A DNA stretch of 32,000 bases from Archaeoglobus fulgidus DSM 4304 (GTDB lineage Archaea; Halobacteriota; Archaeoglobi; Archaeoglobales; Archaeoglobaceae), in the NCBI RefSeq assembly GCF_000008665.1, contig NC_000917.1:120001-152000 (forward strand), given 5' to 3'. Positions 15,309 through 23,332 of this stretch are shown here, piece by piece (position 1 is the first letter of the stretch; each line of letters opens with the position of its first letter). A program made the translations under genes and the position numbers. Below the pieces are notes generated by a model. That model did not search any database. It was not told where the DNA came from and was given only the letters and a program-made list of their open reading frames with translations.

Positions 15309-15917
15309 TCACTCCCCAACCGTCACACTTCCGTACCACGGAACCCAATTGCCCCATCCTGCAACGTGGCCGAAGGCTGCGTTCATGCCGGTGTAGAAGG
15401 CCATTATCCCGGCCACAACGAGGATTAATATGGCCAGAACACCCAGAACCCTGCCAATTCTCTGGATGGCAAGCGTCGGTGAAAGCAGAGCCGCAAGTCC
15501 TGTGAGGAAGAACATAAGCCCCGCCTCAAGCGGCTCTCTCGTCATCCCGTAGTTCCAGATTACGAAAGCATAGACGATTGTTGGCAGGCCAAGCGGAGCT
15601 ATTGCTCCAGCAGCTCTGATGTCAAGGCCCTTGAACAGAACAACCCCAACAACAAGGCTTGCAATGCCGAACAGTGCGAAAGAGTCTATGAGAACTATGT
15701 TGTTTGAGCCCGGCAGAGGCCAGGTCATCATCCCCCATAGACCGGCGACGAGGGCGTAAATCCCTACACCAATGAAGTACGCTCCCATTCCCCTGTTGCA
15801 GTCATCGTTCCTCTTCCCCCTCACCACATTCATATACACCGCGCACGCTGCAGCAAAGAGTGTTACGCCCAGCAGCATCAGCCACAGGTCGAGCGGGTCC
15901 ATAAACAGCAAGGCCAT
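15309..15917 (-). CDS. polytopic membrane protein (DUF981-like from memory)
   Basis: 202 aa with about 6 TM helices and a MTWPLPGSNNIVLID loop. Function unknown. Confidence 0.7.
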   Translation of the reverse strand: MALLFMDPLDLWLMLLGVTLFAAACAVYMNVVRGKRNDDCNRGMGAYFIGVGIYALVAGLWGMMTWPLPGSNNIVLIDSFALFGIASLVVGVVLFKGLDIRAAGAIAPLGLPTIVYAFVIWNYGMTREPLEAGLMFFLTGLAALLSPTLAIQRIGRVLGVLAILILVVAGIMAFYTGMNAAFGHVAGWGNWVPWYGSVTVGE

Positions 15918-15931
15918 CCCATCACCACCCC

Positions 15932-15955
15932 AAACACTGTTACCTAACAGTGTTT
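15932..15955. promoter_or_regulatory. perfect 11-2-11 inverted repeat AAACACTGTTA-CC-TAACAGTGTTT (two adjacent AACA-N-TGTT palindromes) in a core promoter
   Basis: Read directly. It sits between the TATA-like ATATAAA (minus-strand sense, ~15953-15962) and the start codon at 15917. Confidence 0.6.
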
Positions 15956-16051
15956 ATATTTAACATTATAAGCATTATGCATTTTTGATTGCATTTTCAA
16001 AACCGATTTTAGGCCAACCAAAAACTTTTTAAATTTAGGCTATCCTAAACA

Positions 16052-16064
16052 TAACGGTGTTAAA
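16052..16064. promoter_or_regulatory. operator-like site TAACGGTGTTAAA just upstream of the FTR1 start
   Basis: The site lies ~20 nt downstream of the TATA-like CTTTTTAAATTT (16025-16036) and 2 nt before ATG 16066. Its core AACGGTGTT is a one-base variant of AACAGTGTT. Confidence 0.5.
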
Positions 16065-16065
16065 A

Positions 16066-16890
16066 ATGATGGGGCAGATGGTCATAACGCTGAGGGAAGG
16101 GTTTGAGGCTGCACTGCTTGTGGCAGTACTCGTCGCCTACCTCAAGAGGAGCGGAAGGACTGAGGAAGTCAGATTCGCCTACTACGGCACAATTGCGGCA
16201 ATAGCTGCAGGATTTGCGATAGCTACTGCGGTGATAGTTGCCTACGGTGGCCTGCATGGGGAGCAGAAGGAGCTTTTCGAGGGCTTTGCCTCCTACTTGG
16301 CAGTTGGAGTCCTCACATACATGATTCTCTGGATGGCAGGGAAAGACGTCAGGGGAGAGGTTGAGAGAAGGGCAGAGGCCAAATTCAAGTGGGGGATAGC
16401 ATTGATAGCCTTCGTTTTCGTTGTGAGGGAAGTGATAGAGACTGTTCTGTTTCTAACGCCCTTCGCCATCGCAGAATTCACTACTACCGTCATTGGGGCT
16501 TCAGCTGGTGCAGCGGTTGCAATAACGCTTGCAGTGCTGATACTGAGGTTTGAATACAGGATGAGCCTCAGGAGGTTCTTCTATGCAACAAGCGTTCTGC
16601 TGGCTTTCATCGCAGCTGGACTGCTTGGATACGGCACCCACGAGTTCGTGGAGGTTCTTGAAGAAGAGGGATTTGAGCACCCGCTCTTCGAGAAAGCCTA
16701 CAGCCTTGGAATTGACGAGTCGAACCCTCTGCACCACAAGGGGCTGATTGGAGGCATTTTGGCGGTGATGTTCGGCTACTCTGCAAGCATGGAGTGGGTC
16801 AGGCTGATTTTGCAGCTCGGATACCTTGCAGCAATGCTCGGACTAATCCACAGATCTTACGGCAGGGTTACTGAAAGGGCTGAAGTTTGA
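16066..16890 (+). CDS. FTR1/EfeU-family high-affinity iron permease
   Basis: Two REXXE motifs in TM helices (REGFEAALLV and REVIETVLFL) and about 7 TM helices. The start could be GTG 16057 or ATG 16066/16069. Confidence 0.85.
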   Translation: MMGQMVITLREGFEAALLVAVLVAYLKRSGRTEEVRFAYYGTIAAIAAGFAIATAVIVAYGGLHGEQKELFEGFASYLAVGVLTYMILWMAGKDVRGEVERRAEAKFKWGIALIAFVFVVREVIETVLFLTPFAIAEFTTTVIGASAGAAVAITLAVLILRFEYRMSLRRFFYATSVLLAFIAAGLLGYGTHEFVEVLEEEGFEHPLFEKAYSLGIDESNPLHHKGLIGGILAVMFGYSASMEWVRLILQLGYLAAMLGLIHRSYGRVTERAEV

Positions 16891-16952
16891 TTTTTTTCAT
16901 ATTCGAAGATTTTAGGGAAAAGGTAGATGTTGATTGCTGACTAAGTTGGACC

Positions 16953-17375
16953 ATGCAGGAGGTAAAGCAGTGGCCGGTTAAGATCATGCTCGTCCACCCC
17001 AAGGCACCCTTCCTGAAGGGGGAGAAGATAGTCATCGCTGCCGATTGTGCCGTGCTGGTTAACAGAGACATCAGGGACAGGTTTGAGAGCGATGCGGTCA
17101 TCATAGGCTGTCCCATGCTCGAAGACCCCAGAAGGATGTTCGAGAGAATCAAGATGATTGTAGCGGAGAGCGATGCAAAGCTTGAGGTTTACACCATGGA
17201 GGTTCCATGCTGCCACGCACTCCATTTGATGGTTGAGAAGGCGAAGGAGGAGCACGGAAAGCAGACTGAGTCTGAGAAATACATTGTGAGGGTGAGCGGT
17301 GCTGTCGAGCCCTACTCGAAGAAAATTGATGAGAGCATGATTGAGGCTGAGAGGAGAGCCCACAGGGGACACTGA
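16953..17375 (+). CDS. conserved Cys-containing protein usually found fused to 2x[4Fe-4S] ferredoxin domains
   Basis: 140 aa. The blocks QWPVKIMLVHPKAPFL, IAADCAVL, IIGCPMLEDP and MEVPCCHAL match, from memory, the C-terminal part of a family annotated as 4Fe-4S binding proteins. Here the domain is a separate ORF. Confidence 0.5.
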   Translation: MQEVKQWPVKIMLVHPKAPFLKGEKIVIAADCAVLVNRDIRDRFESDAVIIGCPMLEDPRRMFERIKMIVAESDAKLEVYTMEVPCCHALHLMVEKAKEEHGKQTESEKYIVRVSGAVEPYSKKIDESMIEAERRAHRGH

Positions 17376-17388
17376 GGGGGACGCTGAA

Positions 17389-17676
17389 ATGAAACGGATG
17401 ATTATAGCCATAGACGAGGAGAAGTGCATTGGCTGCGGGAGATGCGTCAACTCCTGCCCCACGGGTGCGCTTGTGCTCAACAACGAGAAGGTAAAGCTGA
17501 AGGATGAAAGGCTCTGCGATGGATACGGCTCGTGCATTGCCGTCTGCCCTTCGGGAGCCCTTTACATCGAAGTTAGGGAAGCAGAGCCCTTCGACTGGGG
17601 ATTGCTGGACAAAATAAGCTTCGAGGACTTTCTGGAAAAGCTTGCCAAGCACTACAGACCTGAAGCTTTGAAATGA
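17389..17676 (+). CDS. 2x[4Fe-4S]-type ferredoxin-domain protein
   Basis: I prefer start MKRMIIAIDEEK at 17389. The clusters are CIGCGRCVNSCP and CDGYGSCIAVCP. Confidence 0.7.
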   Translation: MKRMIIAIDEEKCIGCGRCVNSCPTGALVLNNEKVKLKDERLCDGYGSCIAVCPSGALYIEVREAEPFDWGLLDKISFEDFLEKLAKHYRPEALK

Positions 17677-17689
17677 TTTTTCGTTTTTT

Positions 17690-17702
17690 TTACGGTGTTA
17701 AT
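17690..17702. promoter_or_regulatory. weaker variant of the palindromic site (TTACGGTGTTAAT) upstream of the TATA box of the molybdoenzyme operon
   Basis: The site lies ~10 nt upstream of the TATA-like CTTATATTTTAT (about 17713-17724), and the start codon is at 17776. This position differs from that of the other sites. Confidence 0.35.
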
Positions 17703-17775
17703 TTCCAAAACCCTTATATTTTATCAAGTAGTAAACATTGTTAGCCAGAAAGGTTCTGGCAAGAGGAGGTGGAAA

Positions 17776-18318
17776 ATGGAGAACGGCGACAGATACGTTT
17801 ACGTTGTGGATGTTTCGAAGTGCTACGGCTGCCTTTCCTGCGTTGCTGCATGTGCCGCTGAAAACAACGTTCCCGTCGGCTACTTCCGCACGTGGGTTGA
17901 GAGATATGCAATGAACGGAAGGGTAGCCTTCGTGCCAAAGATATGTAACCACTGTGATAATCCATCTTGCGTCCACGCCTGTCCAGTCAATGCCACCTAC
18001 AAAACCGAGGAAGGCTTGGTTCTGATTGACGACGAGATTTGTATTGGGTGTGGTGCGTGCATACAGGCTTGCCCCTATGGAGCGAGGTTCAGAAACCCCG
18101 TTAAGGGCACGGCTGACAAATGCACCCTCTGCAACCACAGAATTCCAGAAAGGCTCCCGGCCTGCGTCGAGTCGTGCCCAACCTCTGCGAGGGTTTACGG
18201 CAAAATGAGCGATAAGGCGGTGAAGGAAATACTCTCCAAGAAAAACGCTGTGGTGCTTAAGGCTTACACGGGCAACGAGCCCCATACCTATTACGTAAGC
18301 CTTACGGGGGTGGAGTAA
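17776..18318 (+). CDS. molybdopterin oxidoreductase 4x[4Fe-4S] electron-transfer subunit (TtrB/PsrB/NrfC type)
   Basis: I prefer start MENGDRYVYVVD at 17776, with GGAGGTGG upstream. Four Cys groups: CYGCLSCVAAC, CNHCDNPSCVHACP, CIGCGACIQACP, CTLCNHR...CVESCP. Confidence 0.9.
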   Translation: MENGDRYVYVVDVSKCYGCLSCVAACAAENNVPVGYFRTWVERYAMNGRVAFVPKICNHCDNPSCVHACPVNATYKTEEGLVLIDDEICIGCGACIQACPYGARFRNPVKGTADKCTLCNHRIPERLPACVESCPTSARVYGKMSDKAVKEILSKKNAVVLKAYTGNEPHTYYVSLTGVE

Positions 18319-19404
18319 ATGCTGTGGAGCTATCCCGAAGGTTTTGCCTACTTCAACGAGTTTGCCCAGAGCATAATCTGGGAGCCAGTAGCCTTCTCCT
18401 ACGCACTGCTTATTTCTGGGGCCGATTTGCTTTTGCTCGCCGCATTAGCTCTTCTCTCAGGCTACCTCAGAAGGGCAATACCCATGTTCCTCATTCTGGG
18501 GCTCTCCTTTTTCTCCGTCATTCTTCTCGGCCCGCTCGCCGATTTGGCGTTACCTCACAGGGCTACGGAGATACTGACGAGGCCTCATCTGGCATCGACG
18601 GAAATGCATCCGGGCATTTCTGTAATGGCTCTATACGGAGGGTTGCTCTGGCCGCTGACCTTCATAGTTGCGTTAATCTTCGCGCTGCTTTACTTCAGCT
18701 ACCCCATGCACAAGAAGGGCGGAACCTTCAGCTTCCTCTCTTTCGGAGTCAAAAGTGAGGAGAGCTACGAAAGGCTGAAGCCGGCGATGAAGGTTTTAGC
18801 TGCAATCCTCGTTCCGCTCTCTGCCCTCTGGACGATATATCCCGGAATGCTGTTCTTCTCTCAGACGTGGATTTACGCCTGGAAGAACTGGGGGCTGATG
18901 CTGCCAATGTTCTTCGGCGAAACCTTCATTACAGCAACAGGAACAGCTCTCATTCTCTACTACCTCGAAAGGATGGAGGACGAAAGAATAAGGTATCCCC
19001 TGCTGCAAATTCACGGAGCTGCAGCCATAGCTCTGGCTGGAGTGCTAATTCTCCAGATGTTCATCTGGGGAATGTGGGGCAACCCGAATTTTGCTGCTGT
19101 AGTACCAATGATGCAGGCTGCTGCGGTAATTTTCCTGCTGACCTTCATCCTGACTCTGGTTTCTGCGAAGTATGAAGCGATAACACCTATCGTTCCGGTG
19201 CTGGCTCTCTTCGGCGTTGTGGTGAACAAGTGGAATCTGATAATCAATGGACAGCTAATTTCAAGGGCTGGAATGGGAGTTTTAGAGCCGGAGCTGGCAC
19301 CGAACTGGCTTGCTGAGGCAGTCTCACCCATAGCATTGGCAATACTTCTGCTGGTGATTTTAAGCTACATATTTCCAATGGAGGTGGAGGAAGATGCAGC
19401 TTAG
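18319..19404 (+). CDS. NrfD/PsrC/TtrC-type integral membrane quinol-interacting subunit
   Basis: 361 aa with about 8-9 TM helices. The ATG immediately follows the upstream TAA, and the gene sits between the FeS and catalytic subunits. Confidence 0.8.
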   Translation: MLWSYPEGFAYFNEFAQSIIWEPVAFSYALLISGADLLLLAALALLSGYLRRAIPMFLILGLSFFSVILLGPLADLALPHRATEILTRPHLASTEMHPGISVMALYGGLLWPLTFIVALIFALLYFSYPMHKKGGTFSFLSFGVKSEESYERLKPAMKVLAAILVPLSALWTIYPGMLFFSQTWIYAWKNWGLMLPMFFGETFITATGTALILYYLERMEDERIRYPLLQIHGAAAIALAGVLILQMFIWGMWGNPNFAAVVPMMQAAAVIFLLTFILTLVSAKYEAITPIVPVLALFGVVVNKWNLIINGQLISRAGMGVLEPELAPNWLAEAVSPIALAILLLVILSYIFPMEVEEDAA

Positions 19405-22400
19405 CAGGAGGGATTTTATTAAGGGTCTCGTGGCTGTTGGCTCGGCATCAGTTTTCCTCGCAGGTTACTCGGAAACAGTTGACAGGCTGGTTAAGCCGAG
19501 ATACACAGAGGTGAAGCCGGACTCCGTTGGCAGGATTGTGCACTCAGCCTGCCTCGGGTGCAATGTAAGGTGCGGCATAAGGGTGAACGTCGTCCAGAGA
19601 GGAGGGATGGAGGTAGTTGAGAGGATTTCGGGCAATCCCTATCACGTTTACAACCGATACGTTTCGAAGGAAAAGCAGAGCAGAAGATACGAGCCTCTGC
19701 CCTACAACACACCAATCACTGAGGGGCTGAAGTATTCGGGAACTCTCTGTGCGAGAGGGGAGGATGGAATACACTACCTCTACGACCCCTACAGGATTAT
19801 TGTCCCGCTGAAAAGGGCAGGACCGAGAGGGAGCGGAAAGTTCAAGCCAATTACCTGGGAGCAGCTGATAAACGAGGTTGTAAACGGAGGAGTTATTGAG
19901 GAAACGGGAGAGAGGCTGCCGGGATTGAAGGAACTCTTTGCATACGGAATTCTCAGCGAAGCCGGATTCGACGCCAATGCCGTTTTGAGCGAGATGAAGA
20001 AGGACGTCGATGCAATCATGGAGATTGCCAAGGACGATACGAAGAGCTACGGCGAATTGACGGAGGCTATAAACAACTTCAAGGCAAAGTGGAGTGCAAA
20101 GCTCGGCGAAAAGGGCTTGAAGCTTGAGGATATTCTCATCGACCCCGATAGGCCCGATTTAGGAACAAAAGCCAACCAGCTCGTTTACATGAGGGGAAGG
20201 GGACAGGGTCATGCGGACTACTTCTACCAGCGGTGGACCTATGCTTTCGGCAGCGTGAACTGGCTGAGGCACACCTCGTCATGCCAGCTCGGCTACTACG
20301 CGGGAAACAAGATATGGTCAGGCTACCACGATGTGCAGGCTGACCCGATTGGGGCAAAGCTCCTCCTAATGGTGGGAGCCCAGATGGGCAGGCTGCATCC
20401 CGGCGCTACGGGGCAGGGATTGATAGTTGAGAGGGCTGCAGAGGGGGAGCTAAAGGTTTACTACGTCAATCCAACTGCTCCAAGAACAACAGCAAACGGA
20501 AACATAGTCTGGGTTCCGATAAGGCCCGGCACGGATGCTGCATTCGCCATGGCTCTGCTTAGAGTCATGTTCGAGAGGGGTTACTACGACGCAGAATTTC
20601 TCTCATACGCAAACACTGATGCTGCAAGGAAAGCTGGCTACCCCTTAAACACGAACGCATCGTGGCTCGTGATTTGGGAAGGTGATAGAAAGGGAGAGTT
20701 TCTGAAGGGAGAGGACATAGGGCTTGGCAGCGACAATCCGGTTGTTTACGCCGGAAGCTTCGTAACGAACGACAGCGTCGAAAAGGCGGAGATATTCTTC
20801 GACGGCTATGTGGAAACGAAGGAAGGGAAGAGGAGAGTCAAATCAGCCCTTCAGATTCTGAAAGAGGAGTGCTTCAGCAGGAGCGTGGAAGAGTGGTGCG
20901 AGATTTGCGGAGTTGATGTGGCTGTAATATACGAGATTGCTGAGGAAATCAGGAAAGCCATGCCCAACTGCGGAACCATAGTTCACAGAGGAGCTGGCAT
21001 GCACACCAACGGAGAATACAACGTCTGGGCTCTGAGATGTATCGACATGCTCATCGGAAACATTCACAGGAAGGGCGGGCTCATGACGAGAGCTTCACAC
21101 ACGAACTACAACAAAGAGCTCTACTACGTTGACAAATCAAAGTTTGGAGAGCCTGTGAGGTGGGGGCCGCCAATAGACAGGCATAAAGTTGCCTACGAGG
21201 ACAGCCTCGAATACTGGATGAAGAAGAAGAGGGGTGAGAACCCCTATCCAGCCAAGCGCCCGTGGTATCCGCTAACGCCAGAAGAGAGCTATACAGAAAT
21301 GTTCGCCGGAATTGCGGAGGAGTATCCCTACCCAATCAAGGCCCTTATTATGTACTACGCCAACCCCGTTCTTTCGGCTAACTTCGGAGTTAAGTTCATA
21401 GAGGTGCTGAAGGACACATCAAAGCTCCCGCTCTTCATAGCCATAACCACATCGATAAACGAGACATTCCTCTATGCAGACTACATCGTTCCTGACACCA
21501 TGTATCTCGAAACCGGCACCATGGGAATCAACTACCTCTACGCAACCAGTGCGAGTGTTACGCTGGCGGAATACTGGAGAAGTCCGGCAGTAATGCCCAT
21601 GACTCAGCTCGTAGGCACCTGTCCCAACGGACATCCCAAATACGCTTCAATGTGGGAGTTCCTCATTGACATTGCGCTCAAGCTGAAGATGCCCGGTTAC
21701 GGCAAGGGGGCTGTGAAGGGAGTGGGAGCTTACGACGGGCAGAAGTTTGATCTTTACTGTGCGTGGGAGTACATAATGTACGTTTTCGCCAACGCAGCGA
21801 TGGATGCTAAGAAGCGCGGATTGATTCCTGAGACGGTTAGCGACGAAGAAGTGGACTTTGTCGAGAAGAACTACCCGATTGCGAGGTTCAAGGATATAGT
21901 GCCCAACGAGTGGAGGTATGTCGCCTACGGGCTGGCGAGGGGTGGAGTATTCACGAGGTACGAGGACTCCTTCGACGAGAGGGGGTATTCGAAGAGGAAG
22001 CCGTGGACAGATACCGTGTACTTCTGGAGCGAAAAGCTTGCTAAGGCCAGAAACAGCGTCACCGGAGAGAAGTTCTACGGTGGACCGAAATATCTACCTC
22101 CAGCCACCTACGCACCGCTTGGAACCGAGAGGAGATTCTACGGAACTCCGCTCAGGGAAATTTATCCTGAATCGCAGTATCCCTTCCTCGTCGTGCCGCC
22201 GGGAAGTCCGCTTTTCACCAAACACAGGAGCATGTTCTACTACTGGCTGAAACAGGTGATGCCGGAGAACTTTGCCGTGATTAACCCCGAAGATGCGGAG
22301 AAGCTTGGAATTGAGAGCGGAGATGTCATAAAGATAGTAACTCCCACAGGAGAGCTTGAAGTCGTTGCAGCTGTGGAGCCGACGGTTGTAAAGGGAACAA

Positions 22401-22798
22401 TCGCGATACCTGTGGGAATGGGAAGGTGGGCTGATTCGGCTGTTAAAAAGCCAGCTTACTTCAGGCTGAACGACGGAAGCGTTGCAGCTCTCGTTTCAGA
22501 GCTACCTGATGGAGCTTCTCTCCCCTCGGATGCCGTGAATCCTGTAAAGCAGCTTGACGAGACGAAGAAAAGAATCCTCTTCACGAAGTCCGACAGGAGA
22601 TACTACGACGACCTTGGGATAGACAGCTGGAGGTTCAGCGGAGTTACGCCCAATGTCGTGGCCTGCGTTGACACGTCTCTCGACAACTGGCCACTGCTCA
22701 GCTGGATAGGCGCAGCCCAAGTTTACTTCTTCATTCCGGCAAAGGTCGAGAAGACGGGCAAAAGGAAGAAGTTCGAAATGCCGAACGTGTGGTGGTAG
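19394..22798 (+). CDS. molybdopterin (bis-MGD) oxidoreductase catalytic subunit with Tat signal, TtrA/PsrA-like
   Basis: 1134 aa. Twin-arginine signal MQLSRRDFIKGLVAVGSASVFLAG, N-terminal FeS motif CLGCNVRC...LCARG, and a C-terminal beta-barrel-like block INPEDAEKLGIESGDVIKIVTPTGELEVVA. It overlaps the upstream gene by 11 nt. Confidence 0.9.
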   Translation: MQLSRRDFIKGLVAVGSASVFLAGYSETVDRLVKPRYTEVKPDSVGRIVHSACLGCNVRCGIRVNVVQRGGMEVVERISGNPYHVYNRYVSKEKQSRRYEPLPYNTPITEGLKYSGTLCARGEDGIHYLYDPYRIIVPLKRAGPRGSGKFKPITWEQLINEVVNGGVIEETGERLPGLKELFAYGILSEAGFDANAVLSEMKKDVDAIMEIAKDDTKSYGELTEAINNFKAKWSAKLGEKGLKLEDILIDPDRPDLGTKANQLVYMRGRGQGHADYFYQRWTYAFGSVNWLRHTSSCQLGYYAGNKIWSGYHDVQADPIGAKLLLMVGAQMGRLHPGATGQGLIVERAAEGELKVYYVNPTAPRTTANGNIVWVPIRPGTDAAFAMALLRVMFERGYYDAEFLSYANTDAARKAGYPLNTNASWLVIWEGDRKGEFLKGEDIGLGSDNPVVYAGSFVTNDSVEKAEIFFDGYVETKEGKRRVKSALQILKEECFSRSVEEWCEICGVDVAVIYEIAEEIRKAMPNCGTIVHRGAGMHTNGEYNVWALRCIDMLIGNIHRKGGLMTRASHTNYNKELYYVDKSKFGEPVRWGPPIDRHKVAYEDSLEYWMKKKRGENPYPAKRPWYPLTPEESYTEMFAGIAEEYPYPIKALIMYYANPVLSANFGVKFIEVLKDTSKLPLFIAITTSINETFLYADYIVPDTMYLETGTMGINYLYATSASVTLAEYWRSPAVMPMTQLVGTCPNGHPKYASMWEFLIDIALKLKMPGYGKGAVKGVGAYDGQKFDLYCAWEYIMYVFANAAMDAKKRGLIPETVSDEEVDFVEKNYPIARFKDIVPNEWRYVAYGLARGGVFTRYEDSFDERGYSKRKPWTDTVYFWSEKLAKARNSVTGEKFYGGPKYLPPATYAPLGTERRFYGTPLREIYPESQYPFLVVPPGSPLFTKHRSMFYYWLKQVMPENFAVINPEDAEKLGIESGDVIKIVTPTGELEVVAAVEPTVVKGTIAIPVGMGRWADSAVKKPAYFRLNDGSVAALVSELPDGASLPSDAVNPVKQLDETKKRILFTKSDRRYYDDLGIDSWRFSGVTPNVVACVDTSLDNWPLLSWIGAAQVYFFIPAKVEKTGKRKKFEMPNVWW

Positions 22799-22801
22799 CA
22801 G

Positions 22802-23332
22802 TTGCTTGTGACCATAGGGAGGGCAAAGGTTTACGCAACGCTTTCAAAAATTTTTTACCACCTTTTTTACGATGAGGCAATCCCCAAAGACTGCAGAGAA
22901 ATTATCGAAAAATTCGGCGAAATTGATTTTAATCTGCGTTCTGTGCTCGTTAGGGAGTTGAGGGGCTCTGTTCTTATAAAGGACATGCCTCAATCTCTTG
23001 CTGAAGTTTACGAGAGCGTAATGAAAGACTTCTACGAAAGATACGGCTTTCAGGCTTCAGAGTTGCATGCTGACCATATAGCTGTGGAGCTTGCCTTCAT
23101 GTCGAAGCTGGTTGAGAGGGAGATTAGCTTGGCGCAGCAGATGAAGGAGGAGGAGCTTTACAAAATCAGGGCAGCCCAGCACAGGTTTATAAAGGCTCAC
23201 CTCCAGCCCCTCGTCAAAAATCTCCCCTCTGCACCTCTCCTCAACTTCGTGAGGGATTTCGTCAGAGAGGATGCGAAGTACCTCTACAGCAGCCTCGTAG
23301 GTGAGAAAAATGAGGGAGCTGACAACAATTGA
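22802..23332 (+). CDS. TorD/DmsD-family redox-enzyme maturation chaperone
   Basis: 176 aa with a TTG start. RAKVYATLSKIFY and ADHIAVELAFMSKL match the family signature (DH...ELeFm). Confidence 0.75.
   Translation: MLVTIGRAKVYATLSKIFYHLFYDEAIPKDCREIIEKFGEIDFNLRSVLVRELRGSVLIKDMPQSLAEVYESVMKDFYERYGFQASELHADHIAVELAFMSKLVEREISLAQQMKEEELYKIRAAQHRFIKAHLQPLVKNLPSAPLLNFVRDFVREDAKYLYSSLVGEKNEGADNN

Noticed and set aside
16941-17652. Long minus-strand ORFs (198 aa at 16941-17537 and 167 aa at 17149-17652) opposite the Fe-S protein genes
   Set aside because: They are Ser/Leu/Pro/His-rich with no recognisable motifs. The plus-strand ORFs carry clear ferredoxin and conserved Cys motifs with ribosome-binding sites, so these are antisense shadow ORFs.
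17698-18285. 195-aa minus-strand ORF covering the TtrB-like gene
   Set aside because: It is the antisense shadow of a gene with four unmistakable 4Fe-4S Cys groups, and it has no motifs of its own.
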